Shown here: positions 1 to 12,850 of the stretch, piece after piece
How positions within the stretch are numbered: the first letter of the stretch is position 1
Layout of the letters: every line of letters starts with the position of its first letter
Assembly: GCA_016841675.1 (NCBI GenBank)
Contig: JAENYQ010000007.1
Location: forward strand, 1,638-65,637
Direction: 5' to 3'
DNA: 64,000 nucleotides
From: Desulfotomaculum sp.
Lineage (GTDB): Bacteria > Bacillota > Desulfotomaculia > Desulfotomaculales > Desulfallaceae
Notes under the pieces: generated by a model
What the model saw: only the letters and a program-made list of their open reading frames with translations
What the model was told of the DNA's origin: nothing
The model's database searches: none
Translations under genes and position numbers: made by a program

Positions 1-350
1 TCTCCTGGATGTTTGACACCAATGGCTTAGTCATAGTAGAGAAAGCGGCCAACCCGGGACTGGATGCCGATGAATTTCTGTTGTTGGCGCTCGATGCCGG
101 AGCCGTTGACGTACGGGAAGAGGATGACAGTCTGGAAGTAATCACCGAACAGGCTCAGTTAAGCCAGGTACTGGATGTGCTTGAGGTGGAAGGTATTAAA
201 GTAAGTCACTCTAGCATAGCTAAAATTCCTAATAATACGGTGTCGCTAAGTGGTGAGCAAGCAGAACAAATAATGAAGCTTATGGATGCTCTGGAAGATC
301 ACGACGACGTTCAGGATGTATATGCAAATTGCCAGTTTGAGGAAGAATAG
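1..350 (+). CDS. YebC/PmpR-family transcriptional regulator, C-terminal part (5' end outside window)
   Basis: Frame is open to the window edge. C-terminal sequence ...MDALEDHDDVQDVYANCQF is typical of the YebC family. Position upstream of ruvC is common. Confidence 0.8.
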   Translation, partial: SWMFDTNGLVIVEKAANPGLDADEFLLLALDAGAVDVREEDDSLEVITEQAQLSQVLDVLEVEGIKVSHSSIAKIPNNTVSLSGEQAEQIMKLMDALEDHDDVQDVYANCQFEEE

Positions 351-432
351 CGGGTTGCCATAGCAGCCCGTGTTATTTTTTAGAGTATACTGGCAATACT
401 TCAATAAAAAGACTTTAAAAAGAGGTATTGCC

Positions 433-1086
433 ATGATGAAGAAACTGATTGGTCTTGGTATGGCCATATTGTTTATGGCCGCGATGGCCGCTGCGGTTTA
501 CCTGGTACTTGATTCGATTGGAGGTCCGGCCATGAAACCTGCTTCCAGTGTTATTAATAACCTAACAGGCGATGGCGTGGTGGAAACCCTTGTAGTGCCC
601 TATACTACAGTTAAAAAAATTAATTATTATCGTTCCTGTGGGGACAGAGAGTTATATTCGCTCGGGCCGGCAGAAAAAGAACTAGTGGGCCTGGACCTGG
701 ACCGGTTAAAGATGAAATATCCCGCATCCGGTGCTTGGGATGTGTCATACAAGAACGACGAGGTGACCATTACCCGAAATATTGACGGGTATTGCGGCTT
801 GCACAGGGAGTATCGGCACTTGGGTATTCACGACGGGAAAACAGCGGTTTATCAGGGTCCGCTGGGTAACGACGAAGTACTGCTGCGGGTTGAAAAAAAC
901 ATTGATATCAGCTTACTGCCTGCTGACTGGCGGGAACGGCTGGAGAAAAGTGCTGTGTTTAACAGCCTGGCTCCGGATGAAAAGTTTAATTTGCAGGAAA
1001 CCATTGAGTTTCCTGATGAGCACGCCCTAAATATGGTCCTGGAGAATTTTGATGAAATGGATGGGGAGAAGGACGGTACAAACTAA
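433..1086 (+). CDS. bofC: BofC-like sporulation protein (bypass-of-forespore C family), signal-anchored
   Basis: ATG at 433 preceded by AAAAGAGG. N-terminal hydrophobic segment. C-terminal HLGIHDGKTAVYQGPLG...LENFDE resembles the BofC C-domain. bofC lies next to ruvAB in Bacillus subtilis. Confidence 0.55.
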   Translation: MMKKLIGLGMAILFMAAMAAAVYLVLDSIGGPAMKPASSVINNLTGDGVVETLVVPYTTVKKINYYRSCGDRELYSLGPAEKELVGLDLDRLKMKYPASGAWDVSYKNDEVTITRNIDGYCGLHREYRHLGIHDGKTAVYQGPLGNDEVLLRVEKNIDISLLPADWRERLEKSAVFNSLAPDEKFNLQETIEFPDEHALNMVLENFDEMDGEKDGTN

Positions 1087-1159
1087 GAATGTGGTCATTT
1101 GAAGCATGGTGTTGCCCGGTACCGGTTGTCTATGCTACCATATAATGGGGAGTGAACGG

Positions 1160-1648
1160 ATGAGAATACTGGGGATTGATCCTGGGAACGCCATTATGGG
1201 TTATGGTATTTTGGATTACAGCGGTAACAGGTTTACGCCGGTGGATTATGGATGTCTACGCAGTTCTGCCGGCGTACCTCAACATATACGTTTACAAAAG
1301 CTGTACAATGAACTAAATAATCTGTTAAAAAAATATCAACCGGGCTGTTTGGCAGTGGAAGAAATTTTTTTTAACCGCAATACCAAGACCGCTTTGGTGG
1401 TTGGACAAGCTCGGGGAATTGTACTGCTTGCTGCCGCCGAGGCCGGGATAGATGTATACGAATATACGCCGCTTCAGGTAAAACAAGCAGCAGTGGGGCG
1501 TGGCCGGGCGGAAAAGGGACAAGTTCAATATATGGTCAAAATAATACTTAACCTGCCTGAAATCCCCCGTCCTGACGATGTGGCCGACGCATTAGCGGTA
1601 GCAATATGCCACGCCAACAACGGAAGCGGCTGGGGGGTACTGGCATGA
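1160..1648 (+). CDS. ruvC: Holliday junction resolvase RuvC
   Basis: MRILGIDPG... start preceded by GGGGAG. Family motifs present. ATGA overlap with ruvA. Confidence 0.93.
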   Translation: MRILGIDPGNAIMGYGILDYSGNRFTPVDYGCLRSSAGVPQHIRLQKLYNELNNLLKKYQPGCLAVEEIFFNRNTKTALVVGQARGIVLLAAAEAGIDVYEYTPLQVKQAAVGRGRAEKGQVQYMVKIILNLPEIPRPDDVADALAVAICHANNGSGWGVLA

Positions 1649-2247
1649 TTGCATTTCTCAAAGGAAAATTGGCGGCAGTTGAGCCTGAATCTGTAGTTAT
1701 TGACGTTGGCGGTGTTGGTTACAGGGTCAACGTTACCGCCGGGTGTGCTGCCGGTCTGCGCGGTTTTGAGGATGTTCAGCTACATACGCATATGATTGTT
1801 CGCGAGGACGACATGCAGCTATACGGTTTTAATACCCCCGGTGAGATTACCGCCTTTTTGCTGCTGTTGGGTGTTAATGGTGTGGGACCCAAGGCTGCTC
1901 TGGCAGTGCTTTCTGCTTTGACGCCCAGAGGGTTGAGCAAGGCGCTGGCCCTAGAAGATACCGGTGCGCTTACCCGGGTGCCGGGAGTGGGGAAAAAAAT
2001 TGCTCAGCGCATCATCCTGGAGTTAAAAGACAAATTAGGCCGGTTTGAACCGGATTCGGAAACAATTGTTACTGGTGAGGGTGGTAAGAACGAAGTGCTT
2101 GATGATGCAGTTAACGCGTTAATCGCCCTGGGTTACAGCGCTGGGGAAGCCAGGGAAGTGGTGCGCAAGGTTTTTAATGATGGAGATACACCGGATGTGC
2201 AGCAATTAATTAGATCAGCGCTGCGTTTTTTGGATCAAAATAAATAA
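1645..2247 (+). CDS. ruvA: Holliday junction DNA helicase subunit RuvA
   Basis: MIAFLKGKL... start, HhH region [17 protein letters not shown]. Confidence 0.93.
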   Translation: MIAFLKGKLAAVEPESVVIDVGGVGYRVNVTAGCAAGLRGFEDVQLHTHMIVREDDMQLYGFNTPGEITAFLLLLGVNGVGPKAALAVLSALTPRGLSKALALEDTGALTRVPGVGKKIAQRIILELKDKLGRFEPDSETIVTGEGGKNEVLDDAVNALIALGYSAGEAREVVRKVFNDGDTPDVQQLIRSALRFLDQNK

Positions 2248-2298
2248 ATAAAGAAATAAAGCGAATTTAAGGCAACCGTCAGGGTACGGTGGAATCGG

Positions 2299-3339
2299 GT
2301 GATAGGTATGGATGACCAGAGAAAAGAAAGAATAATATCAGCGGCTCTGCAAGCGGATGACGCGGATACCGATGCCAACCTGCGCCCGCGTAAACTAGGC
2401 GATTACATAGGCCAGGACAAGGCCAAAGAGACAATCAGTATATTTATTCAGGCAGCGCTGCAGCGGGGCGAACCGCTGGACCATGTACTGCTGTTTGGGC
2501 CCCCAGGCCTGGGCAAGACCACTCTGGCCAACATTATATCAAACGAGATGGGCGTTAGTATCCGCACTACATCAGGACCGGCTATTGAACGTCCCGGTGA
2601 TTTGGCAGCCATATTGACCAACCTGCAGCCAGGTGACGTTCTTTTTATCGATGAAGTGCACCGGCTAAGCCGGATGGTAGAGGAAATTCTTTATCCTGCC
2701 ATGGAAGACTTTGCTCTGGATATAATAATTGGTAAGGGGCCGGGTGCTCGTTCTCTGCGTATTGACTTGCCTAGATTTACTTTAATTGGTGCCACTACCA
2801 GGGCAGGATTGATGACATCTCCTCTACGGGACCGGTTTGGTGTTCTCAGCAGGCTGGATTACTATAGTGCCGATGACTTAATGGTGATCATTATCAGAGC
2901 CGCTCGTATTTTTGAAGTGGAAATTGACAGTGACGGCGCGCTTGAAATAGCCCGGCGTTCCCGTGGCACGCCCCGGGTGGCCAATCGACTTCTTAAACGG
3001 GTAAGGGACTTTGCCCAGGTGCGCGCGGGCGGTAGTATAACCAGTGGGGTAGCCAGGGATGCACTGGAGTTCTTTGAAGTGGACCCTCTGGGGCTAGACG
3101 AGGCGGACCGCCGAGTGCTTAAGGCAGTAATCAATAAATTTGGCGGCGGTCCGGTAGGCCTAGAAACAATTGCTGCAGCCACGGGAGAAGAGTCGGGGAC
3201 CGTCGAAGACGTTTATGAACCCTATTTACTGCAGCTCGGCTTATTGGCTCGTACCCAGCGGGGCCGGGTGGCCACGCCGGCGGCATACAAACACCTGGGT
3301 TTAGAGGTGCCGGGAGAAAAACAGCCCGCATTATGGTAA
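2299..3339 (+). CDS. ruvB: Holliday junction DNA helicase RuvB
   Basis: Walker [18 protein letters not shown], full-length RuvB similarity. Alternative ATG at 2308. Confidence 0.95.
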   Translation: MIGMDDQRKERIISAALQADDADTDANLRPRKLGDYIGQDKAKETISIFIQAALQRGEPLDHVLLFGPPGLGKTTLANIISNEMGVSIRTTSGPAIERPGDLAAILTNLQPGDVLFIDEVHRLSRMVEEILYPAMEDFALDIIIGKGPGARSLRIDLPRFTLIGATTRAGLMTSPLRDRFGVLSRLDYYSADDLMVIIIRAARIFEVEIDSDGALEIARRSRGTPRVANRLLKRVRDFAQVRAGGSITSGVARDALEFFEVDPLGLDEADRRVLKAVINKFGGGPVGLETIAAATGEESGTVEDVYEPYLLQLGLLARTQRGRVATPAAYKHLGLEVPGEKQPALW

Positions 3340-3356
3340 AGGGATGGGTGTAGATA

Positions 3357-3899
3357 ATGAAAATACTCCTCCATAATTGCTGCGGACCATGTACTATTTA
3401 CCCGCTTAACAGATTAAGGGAGCAGGGTCACCAGGTGCATGGCTACTTTTATAACCCTAATATTCACCCCTATACTGAGTGGCAAAAACGCCAGTCCGCC
3501 CTATTGCAGTATGCTGATGCACACGGTTTACCTGTGATAGTGGAAAACGGATACGAACTGGAGGACTACCTGCGCGAGGTGGTGCACCGGGAAGCGGTAC
3601 GCTGCCGTTTTTGTTACATCATGCGCCTGCGTAAGGCGGCCCGGGTGGCCAGAAAAGGTAAATTTGATGCTTTTACGACTACGCTGCTGGTAAGCCCTTA
3701 TCAGAAGCATGACTTGATCAGGGAAACAGGAATGGCTATTGCAGAGGAAGCAGGTATCCCGTTTTATTACGAAGATTTTCGCAGCGGTTACCGTGAAGCT
3801 ACGGAAATATCCCGCGCTCTGGGCATGTACAGGCAACAATACTGTGGTTGCATTTTTAGTGAAAAAGAAAGGTATTATAAGCCGGTAAGAAAAAAATAG
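3357..3899 (+). CDS. queH: Epoxyqueuosine reductase QueH (DUF208)
   Basis: N-terminal LLHNCCGPC and C-terminal QQYCGCIFS cysteine motifs of QueH. Clustered with queA/tgt. Confidence 0.85.
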   Translation: MKILLHNCCGPCTIYPLNRLREQGHQVHGYFYNPNIHPYTEWQKRQSALLQYADAHGLPVIVENGYELEDYLREVVHREAVRCRFCYIMRLRKAARVARKGKFDAFTTTLLVSPYQKHDLIRETGMAIAEEAGIPFYYEDFRSGYREATEISRALGMYRQQYCGCIFSEKERYYKPVRKK

Positions 3900-3906
3900 T
3901 GCGCGT

Positions 3907-3995
3907 AACTACTTAGGATCATGACTCAGACTTCATAATTCAGAATAAGAGAATGGTTTATCGTCTACGGATCATTCTAAAATTGTGAATACTAT
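3907..3995. repeat. Intergenic repeat family, copy A
   Basis: AACTACTTAGGAT...GAATGGTTTATCGTCT...ATTCTAAAATTGTGAATACT aligns with copies at 49108, 52706 and 58394. Confidence 0.7.
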
Positions 3996-4036
3996 ATATT
4001 AACGAGTGCACGATAAAAATGGCGGGGGAGGTTAAG

Positions 4037-4261
4037 ATGGATTCCCTGTACTTGATTGGTAAAATGATTTTGGGTTTTGGTTTTATCATGGTGCTAGTCG
4101 GCGGCTTGTTAATGGTAGCTGGAAAGGTTACCGGGTTGGGCCGATTGCCGGGAGATATCCTGGTTCAACGGGGCAATTTTACTTTTTATTTGCCGGTAAT
4201 GACCATGATATTAGTGAGTCTGCTGCTAACTCTTGTGCTAAATTTGGTATTTAGAAGATAA
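4037..4261 (+). CDS. DUF2905-family small membrane protein
   Basis: ATG at 4037 follows GGGGGAGG. About 74 aa with two TM segments and the GRLPGDI motif. Confidence 0.7.
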   Translation: MDSLYLIGKMILGFGFIMVLVGGLLMVAGKVTGLGRLPGDILVQRGNFTFYLPVMTMILVSLLLTLVLNLVFRR

Positions 4262-4358
4262 TAATGGTTTAGTGCCGGTTATAGGCAGGAAAACCATTTT
4301 TTCTGTCGAATTTCCCCATGATAAACATTATTGGTTTTTCAGGGGGGGTTCTTTTTTT

Positions 4359-5783
4359 ATGCCGGGAATTAAGGCTGCCTTTTTGTTACGGTTAATGTTT
4401 TTATCCCTGGTGTTTATGGTGGCGACTTTTCTATGGCCCCAGGCACCCGCCCTGGCGGATGTGCGGGTAAACCATGATACCGTGCGAGTAGGGATAGCCC
4501 AACAGATGCCCGAGGTTAGGTTAACCTTTCAGGGTTGCTATCGGTTGGTGGATGCATATAACAATAGCATAATTGCTGAAACGAACCCTAGTGAAACATG
4601 GACCGTTGCTAACGTGGGCGGGTTTACAGTATTAAACCGGAACGGCAATAATCAAGGCCTGTATAAAGGCTCCCTTCGAGCCGAGGAGATTAAAGCCGAG
4701 CAGAGTATCCTTTCGGGCGGGGGAATTCTACAGCAGAAAGATTCGCTGTCCGGGCTGGCCGTGTTAAGTGCCGGAAGCGGTCTGCGCTACATCAATGACT
4801 CCGGAGACTTGCGGGCGCTGGATGGTAACGGCAGGGTTACAGCTTTGTCCCAAGGTGGATTGAACCTGTTTGGTATAGAAAAGTACGGACGCATCGCCCG
4901 TTACCGTGGTAACGTTGAGATAATGCCGGCCGGTGCAGGGTTAACGGTAATCAACGAACTGTCCATGGAACATTACCTTTATGGTGTGGTGCCGGCGGAA
5001 ATGCCCGCATCTTTCCCCTTGGAGGCACTTAAAGCCCAGGCTGTGGCAGGACGCACTTATGTAATTGCTCAGTTGGGCAGTTATGGGAGCCAGGGGTTTG
5101 ATGTGCTGGATAATCAGCAAAACCAGGTTTATCAGGGCTATGACGGGGAAAACCCTCAAACAACGCGGGCAGTGGATGAAACTGCTGGAAAGGTGCTTGT
5201 TTACAAAGGCCAACTCATTTCAGCATTTTTTCACTCTTCCAGCGGTGGGCACACGGAAAATTGTGAGGACGTGTGGAGGGATTCACTGGGGTATATTCGT
5301 GCCCGGGAAGATCCCGCAGACTTCAATAATAAATACTATAATTGGACGGTTGCTTATTCATTAGAGCAATTAACACGTGTAGTTAATGATAAATTAAAGA
5401 GTTTTTCAAATCCGGGTCCTTACCCTCAATTTTCGCTGGTTACCGATATCAAGGAAGTGCAACGCACTTCATCCGGGCAGCGTGTAAAACGGCTATTAAT
5501 CGAAGGCTGTGACGCTGCAGGAAATCCCATGCAGGTGGATATAAACAACTCCGACCGGGTGCGTGTTGTCCTGGGACTGAACAGTGCCCTTTTCTCGATG
5601 CAAAAAGAAATAGATATTAATGGAATGCTGAGCGGTGTGGTCATTAATGGCAGCGGTTTGGGACACGGGCTCGGGATGTCTCAGTGGGGTGCGTCAGGCT
5701 TGGCTATGGAAGGTTATAATTACCAAGATATTTTGCAATACTATTATACAGGTGTCGACATGTTAAATAACTATGGGGGTTGA
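4359..5783 (+). CDS. spoIID: Stage II sporulation protein D (SpoIID/LytB domain lytic transglycosylase)
   Basis: Signal peptide after ATG 4359 (RBS AGGGGGGG). The EHYLYGVVPAEMP...AQAVAGRTY...FHSSSGGHTE motifs are diagnostic of SpoIID. Confidence 0.88.
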   Translation: MPGIKAAFLLRLMFLSLVFMVATFLWPQAPALADVRVNHDTVRVGIAQQMPEVRLTFQGCYRLVDAYNNSIIAETNPSETWTVANVGGFTVLNRNGNNQGLYKGSLRAEEIKAEQSILSGGGILQQKDSLSGLAVLSAGSGLRYINDSGDLRALDGNGRVTALSQGGLNLFGIEKYGRIARYRGNVEIMPAGAGLTVINELSMEHYLYGVVPAEMPASFPLEALKAQAVAGRTYVIAQLGSYGSQGFDVLDNQQNQVYQGYDGENPQTTRAVDETAGKVLVYKGQLISAFFHSSSGGHTENCEDVWRDSLGYIRAREDPADFNNKYYNWTVAYSLEQLTRVVNDKLKSFSNPGPYPQFSLVTDIKEVQRTSSGQRVKRLLIEGCDAAGNPMQVDINNSDRVRVVLGLNSALFSMQKEIDINGMLSGVVINGSGLGHGLGMSQWGASGLAMEGYNYQDILQYYYTGVDMLNNYGG

Positions 5784-5804
5784 TTACCGGAAAGTGGCTG
5801 CCGC

Positions 5805-7966
<2,162 letters not shown>

Positions 7967-8111
7967 CTTGAACTGGGCTGCGGCAGTTAGGGAAAGTCCT
8001 TTGAATTTGCATGATCCACTTTTTAACACCGCAAAAATAAAAAAAGGGAAATGCCCGGTAATAAAGAATAAGTAATATGTTTTGAATCCATGCAGAAAGG
8101 AGGTTAATGGT

Positions 8112-8399
8112 TTGCCTGAATCCACAATTGGTATTATATATATAGTCGGTCTGTTTGCTTTGTTATGGTTTCTCATGATTCGGCCTCAGCAACAACGTCA
8201 GAAAAAGCACCAGGAGATGGTAAAAAACCTTGGCGTTAACGACAATATCGTCACCGCAGGGGGCTTATATGCTACCATAGTTAAAGTAAAAGAAGATAGC
8301 TTCGTGATCAGGATCGGTGACAACGTGCGAGTCGAAATTTTAAAGCACGCCATATCTCAGAAAAGAACTACTGAAGTTGGGGAAAACGATAAGGTATAA
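8112..8399 (+). CDS. yajC: Preprotein translocase subunit YajC
   Basis: TTG at 8112 lies 7 nt after AAGGAGG. WFLMIRPQQQRQKKHQEM motif. The track start at 8082 is probably too far upstream. Confidence 0.85.
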   Translation: MPESTIGIIYIVGLFALLWFLMIRPQQQRQKKHQEMVKNLGVNDNIVTAGGLYATIVKVKEDSFVIRIGDNVRVEILKHAISQKRTTEVGENDKV

Positions 8400-8518
8400 T
8401 ATTATTGAGTAGGCCCCGAGTCTACTCTTTTTATTGGTTTATCTTCGCACAAATTGATGGGTAAAAACCCCATCTGAACCAAGTTTTCTTTATCTTTTGC
8501 GGCTGAGGAGGTCTGGGT

Positions 8519-9178
8519 TTGGTCGTTCTGCAGGACGTCAAATGTAACCCGGTTGTAGACAGTTTTATTCGAAAGGGCAACGAGCACCTTGGAGTGTTGG
8601 GCTTTACAGAGCACAGTTACCGCCATGTGAACTTGGTATCCAGCATTGCCAAGAATATCCTGGCCAAGCTGGGGTACAGCGAACGTGAAACCGAATTGGC
8701 CTCCATAGCCGGTTACCTGCATGATATCGGTAACGTGGTCAGCCGAAACGACCATGGAATATCGGGTGCCACGATTTCTTGTTCACTGCTGCTGCAAATG
8801 GGCATGGATCCTGAGGAAGTAGCCGTGGTCATATCCGCCATTGCCAATCATGAAGAAGATTACGGGCAGCCTGTTAATACCGTGGCCGCGGCTCTAATTA
8901 TGGCGGACAAGTCCGATGTGCATCGTTCCCGGGTGCGCAACCAGGATTACGCCACCTTTGATATCCATGACCGGGTTAATTATGCTGTGGAGCATTCTTT
9001 TGTTTGGGTAGACGAAAAGAAACGCACTATTACCATGGAACTACAGATTAACACTGAAATATGCCCCGTTATGGAGTATTTCGAGATTTTTTTAACCAGG
9101 ATGATGTTATGCCGACGGGCTGCTGTTTTTTTACGGTGCCAATTTGAGCTGGTGGTCAACGGAAGCAGGCTGTTGTAA
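8519..9178 (+). CDS. HD-domain phosphohydrolase
   Basis: H...HD metal-binding signature (YRHVNLV...AGYLHDIGN). RBS GAGGAGG upstream. Confidence 0.75.
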   Translation: MVVLQDVKCNPVVDSFIRKGNEHLGVLGFTEHSYRHVNLVSSIAKNILAKLGYSERETELASIAGYLHDIGNVVSRNDHGISGATISCSLLLQMGMDPEEVAVVISAIANHEEDYGQPVNTVAAALIMADKSDVHRSRVRNQDYATFDIHDRVNYAVEHSFVWVDEKKRTITMELQINTEICPVMEYFEIFLTRMMLCRRAAVFLRCQFELVVNGSRLL

Positions 9179-9245
9179 ATTAACCGGGCAGTATTTGTAT
9201 TTGAGTTTATGTTTCCTACACCTTATTTATAGGGGGAGAGCCGGT

Positions 9246-10487
9246 ATGAGATGGAGTAAAGTACTGACCCTGGCTGTTATATTGGTCATAGTAATTGCCT
9301 TGGGTTTAACGGCAGCGGCTCCGCTGTCGATTTTTAAAGATATAAAATGGCTACCTTGGGGCAAAGAGATTATCCTAGGCTTGGATCTACAGGGCGGGGT
9401 GCACGTAGTGCTTGAGGCTAAGGACACACCGGAAGCCGAGGTTACCGATGACAGCCTTAAACGAGCGGTGGCTATCTTGGAGAACCGGATTAACGAAACA
9501 GGCGTGGCTGAACCAATTATCCAGCGCCAGGGGGAACGTCGGATTATAGTGGAACTGGCGGGTATTGATGATCCGGAGAAGGCTGTTCGGGACATGATTC
9601 AACCTGCTTACCTGGAATTTAAGACGGTGGAAGGTGAGACCATCGTTACCGGCAGCGACCTGAAAGACGCCATTGAAAGCCGTGACCCCACATCCGGCCA
9701 GGTCACTGTCAACATTGAATTTAATTCGGAGGGCACCAAAAAGTTTGCCCAAGCCACTGCTGCAAATGTGGGGCGGCAGATTGGTATTTACCTGGACGGT
9801 GATTTACTGCAAAACCCTGTGGTAAATGAGCCTATCCCAAGTGGCAAAGCGCAAATTAGTGGTTATGCGGACCTGGAAGAAGCGCACACCATTGCCATTT
9901 TGCTTCGTTCCGGTGCCCTGCCGGTGCAACTGGACGTGATGGAAAAACGCACCGTCGGCCCTCAATTAGGCCAGGATTCTCTGGACCGGTCTATTAACGC
10001 CGGTATCGTGGGCTTGATTGCTATCCTGGTGTTCATGATTGTTTACTACCGGGTTCCCGGGTTTATTGCCGCTATTGCACTGACTATCTATGCGTTAATT
10101 GTTTTCGCCATTTTTATCGGTATCCATGCCACCATGACTTTACCGGGTATTGCCGGTTTCCTGCTGTCGCTGGGGATTGCGGTGGATGCCAACGTTATTA
10201 TATTCGAGCGCATTAAAGAAGAACTACGTTCGGGTAAAAGTACTCGTTCCGCTATTGATGCCGGGTTTAAGCGCGGTTTCGTGGCGGTGTTTGACGCCAA
10301 CGTGACCACTTTAATTGCAGCGGTGGTGCTGTATTACTTCGGTTCCGGTCCGATTCGCGGGTTTGCTGTTACCCTGAGTATCGGTATTCTGGCCAGCATG
10401 TTCACTGCGCTCACCATGACCAGGTGGATGCTGCACCTGGCCGCCGCCACCAATCTGGCGAAAAATCCTAAGTATTACGGCGCATAG
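9246..10487 (+). CDS. secD: Protein translocase subunit SecD
   Basis: MRWSKVLTL... start. LGLDLQGG and the C-terminal 6-TM SecD core. Confidence 0.93.
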   Translation: MRWSKVLTLAVILVIVIALGLTAAAPLSIFKDIKWLPWGKEIILGLDLQGGVHVVLEAKDTPEAEVTDDSLKRAVAILENRINETGVAEPIIQRQGERRIIVELAGIDDPEKAVRDMIQPAYLEFKTVEGETIVTGSDLKDAIESRDPTSGQVTVNIEFNSEGTKKFAQATAANVGRQIGIYLDGDLLQNPVVNEPIPSGKAQISGYADLEEAHTIAILLRSGALPVQLDVMEKRTVGPQLGQDSLDRSINAGIVGLIAILVFMIVYYRVPGFIAAIALTIYALIVFAIFIGIHATMTLPGIAGFLLSLGIAVDANVIIFERIKEELRSGKSTRSAIDAGFKRGFVAVFDANVTTLIAAVVLYYFGSGPIRGFAVTLSIGILASMFTALTMTRWMLHLAAATNLAKNPKYYGA

Positions 10488-10500
10488 GGAGGGCTGAAAA

Positions 10501-11367
10501 ATGTTTAATTTCATCAAACACAGAAAGATATGGTACATTATATCAATACTAGTGATTCTGCCCGGACTGGTCTCCCTGGCGCTGCAGGGTTTAAACCTTG
10601 GTATAGATTTTACAGGGGGCAACTTGGTGGAAATAAGAGCCGAAAAGGGTCCTGACATCCAGGAAGTGCGCGGAGTGGTCGAGGGACTGGGGTTTGGTGC
10701 CTCGCGTAATGTACAGAAAAGTGGCGATAGTGATTACCTAGTTAGGACTAGGGAACTTTCCGAGGATGAAAGTGCCACATTGATTTCCACGTTGGACGAA
10801 AAGCTGGGTGGGGTAACCCTGCTGCGTAACGATAGGGTGGGCCCGGTTATGGGACGGGAATTGGCCGTAAAGGCGTTGTTGGCCCTGGTGGTGGCTTCGA
10901 TAATGATGCTGCTCTATATAAGCTACCGTTTCGAACTCAAGCAGGGGATTGCCGCCATTATAGGGCTGTTGCATGACATTCTGGTGGTGCTAGGCATATT
11001 CTCCATCCTCCAATTGGAAGTGGACAGCGCTTTTGTGGCGGCTATACTAACTGTAATCGGTTATTCCATAAATGATACTATTATTATTTTTGACCGCATC
11101 AGAGAAAACCTGAAAAACCGCAAGAAGGGCGAGATGCTGGATGAACTAGTGAACAACAGCATTTGGCAAACACTGGCCCGTTCCATAAACACTGTTTTGA
11201 CGACAATGTTAGTGTTGCTGGCCTTGTACTTCCTGGGTGGCACCACCATTAAGACTTTTGTGCTGGCCATGATCATCGGGATCATTAGCGGGGCGTATTC
11301 ATCAATATGCAATGTCAGTCCAGTATGGGTGGACTTGAAGCTGATGGATAAAAAGAAACGGGCCTAA
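10501..11367 (+). CDS. secF: Protein translocase subunit SecF
   Basis: GIDFTGG motif and the SecF TM core. Confidence 0.93.
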   Translation: MFNFIKHRKIWYIISILVILPGLVSLALQGLNLGIDFTGGNLVEIRAEKGPDIQEVRGVVEGLGFGASRNVQKSGDSDYLVRTRELSEDESATLISTLDEKLGGVTLLRNDRVGPVMGRELAVKALLALVVASIMMLLYISYRFELKQGIAAIIGLLHDILVVLGIFSILQLEVDSAFVAAILTVIGYSINDTIIIFDRIRENLKNRKKGEMLDELVNNSIWQTLARSINTVLTTMLVLLALYFLGGTTIKTFVLAMIIGIISGAYSSICNVSPVWVDLKLMDKKKRA

Positions 11368-11425
11368 ACTACTAGGCTGGTTAGCGAGAGGCACCATAAA
11401 ACTATTTTTAGGTCAGATTTATTAT

Positions 11426-11448
11426 GTCATTGTATACGAAGTGAAGAC
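11426..11448. repeat. Solo half-copy of the GTCAT..GAAG palindromic repeat
   Basis: GTCATTGTATACGAAGTGAAGAC resembles the arms of the 54-bp palindrome at 49166-49219. Confidence 0.4.
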
Positions 11449-11638
11449 ATGCGCCGCGGGCGCTTGCCTCGTCATAGCCCCGAATTTATGGCTTCTTAGA
11501 GCGTAATTAATGATTAGGCGTTTGGCCGGCGCGTTCACCAACAGTATTACCAACATATTAAGAATGATAGTAAACGGGGTTTTAGGCCTCGTTTATTTTT
11601 TTTGTACTGACTGGGCAAATTAAAACAATAATTGGGGG

Positions 11639-11950
11639 TTGGAGCCGGTGAAAGACAAGCAAAATATAGTTTTACAAGCTCTTGAGGGAAGGGTCCGGGA
11701 ACTGGCCATCAACATGGAAAAAATGAAGCTGGCCGAATACGTGGAACTGCTGGAAAACCCGTACCGGTTGTTATACATAAACTTCATCAGCGGTATTGCC
11801 AGGGGACTGGGTATTGCCATCGGGTTTGCCATCCTGGGAGCAATTATTGTGCTCGTTCTACAGCGGTTGGCGGTGCTTAATTTACCTGTAATCGGCGATT
11901 TTATTGCCGATCTGGTTAAAATTGTTCAGGCTCAGTTGGGAAAACAATAA
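11639..11950 (+). CDS. Small membrane protein (DUF5665-like)
   Basis: ORF with a C-terminal TM pair. Start is TTG 11639 or GTG 11648 after GGGGG. Confidence 0.55.
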   Translation: MEPVKDKQNIVLQALEGRVRELAINMEKMKLAEYVELLENPYRLLYINFISGIARGLGIAIGFAILGAIIVLVLQRLAVLNLPVIGDFIADLVKIVQAQLGKQ

Positions 11951-11965
11951 TCGTGGGGGTAAAAG

Positions 11966-12631
11966 ATGAAACAGGAATTGATGAATCATTTCAAACGCGA
12001 ACTGGAACAGGAAAAACAAAGGAATATAGAATTAAAAAAGCATATCGACGACGGGGGGTTGGGTACCTCACTTTCTGATTCTGTGGAGGAATTATCCGCT
12101 TACGACCAGCATCCCGCTGATATAGCCAGCGAAGTGTTTGAGCGGAGTAAGGATATGTCCCTTCGTGAAGACGCGCAAATTAAACTTAATGCCATAGACC
12201 ATGCTTTTAAACGCATGAACGAAGGTACTTATGGAAAATGCGATATGTGCGGCCGGGAGATCCCGGTAGAACGACTGGAAGCGCTACCTTATACCACTCA
12301 GTGCGCGGATTGTCACAACCGTTACGAGGAAGTACCTAACCGCATTAATGTGCGACCGGTGGAAGAAGATATACTGGAACCTCCCTTTGCCAGGACCACC
12401 GGTCAGCAAGAAGGTACTATGTACGATACGGAAGACGCCTGGCAGGAGTTAGCCAAGTGGCAGGAGCATTCACCCCATTCAGGGGCCGGTTCTTATTACG
12501 GCGGCGGCAGCGCCGATGAGGAGGCCGTGGGTTACACTGAACTGGTGGATCATATCCCTTACGAGGTAGGGGATGACGGTATTATTTACGAGGAAACCCG
12601 TGGTACTGATGATGAGGATCCGCCCAGCTAA
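11966..12631 (+). CDS. DksA/TraR C4 zinc-finger protein (YteA-like)
   Basis: CDMCGREIPVERLEALPYTTQCADC zinc-finger motif. YteA-like N-terminal coiled region. Confidence 0.8.
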   Translation: MKQELMNHFKRELEQEKQRNIELKKHIDDGGLGTSLSDSVEELSAYDQHPADIASEVFERSKDMSLREDAQIKLNAIDHAFKRMNEGTYGKCDMCGREIPVERLEALPYTTQCADCHNRYEEVPNRINVRPVEEDILEPPFARTTGQQEGTMYDTEDAWQELAKWQEHSPHSGAGSYYGGGSADEEAVGYTELVDHIPYEVGDDGIIYEETRGTDDEDPPS

Positions 12632-12710
12632 AACATCGCCGTGGGGTTGCATCACATAGAGGACCAGCGCAAGCGCTGATTTCTAACATACCATTTATTG
12701 CCCGTAATTA

Positions 12711-12739
12711 TTGAACGTAATGGCAACATATGTTATATT
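12711..12739 (+). promoter_or_regulatory. Sigma-A-type promoter TTGAAC-17-TATATT
   Basis: -35 at 12711-12716, -10 at 12734-12739. The predicted start falls at the 5' edge of the structured leader. Confidence 0.5.
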
Positions 12740-12745
12740 GAAATG

Positions 12746-12850
12746 AATGCACTGTCAGGCCGGATTCGAAAACCGGCCGGGCCGATACGGCAGCGGTTAT
12801 GCCCGCGGGACTTCATCTTAGCCTGGATAAAGATGATGGCCCCGGGCATT
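12746..12850 (+). promoter_or_regulatory. Candidate czcD-motif (NiCo-type) metal riboswitch leader
   Basis: Closing helix AAUGC/GCAUU (12746-50 / 12846-50) plus three hairpins (GGCCGG/CCGGCC 12758-78; GGGC..GCCC 12780-12805; UCAUCUU/AAGAUGA 12813-36). Lies directly upstream of a CDF exporter. Confidence 0.45.

Noticed and set aside
2862-3182. Many 60-190-aa track ORFs lie antisense to, or out of frame within, well-supported genes (for example 2862-3182, 6369-6767, 9227-9595, 45055-45549, 54488-55027, 62748-63326).
   Set aside because: They are fully embedded in genes with strong family signatures, lack RBSs, and have the Arg/Ser/Pro-rich composition typical of wrong-frame translation.
3340-3356. 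A preQ1 riboswitch near the queuosine genes (queH, queA, tgt).
   Set aside because: The intergenic gaps (17, 21 and 11 nt) are too short to hold an aptamer.
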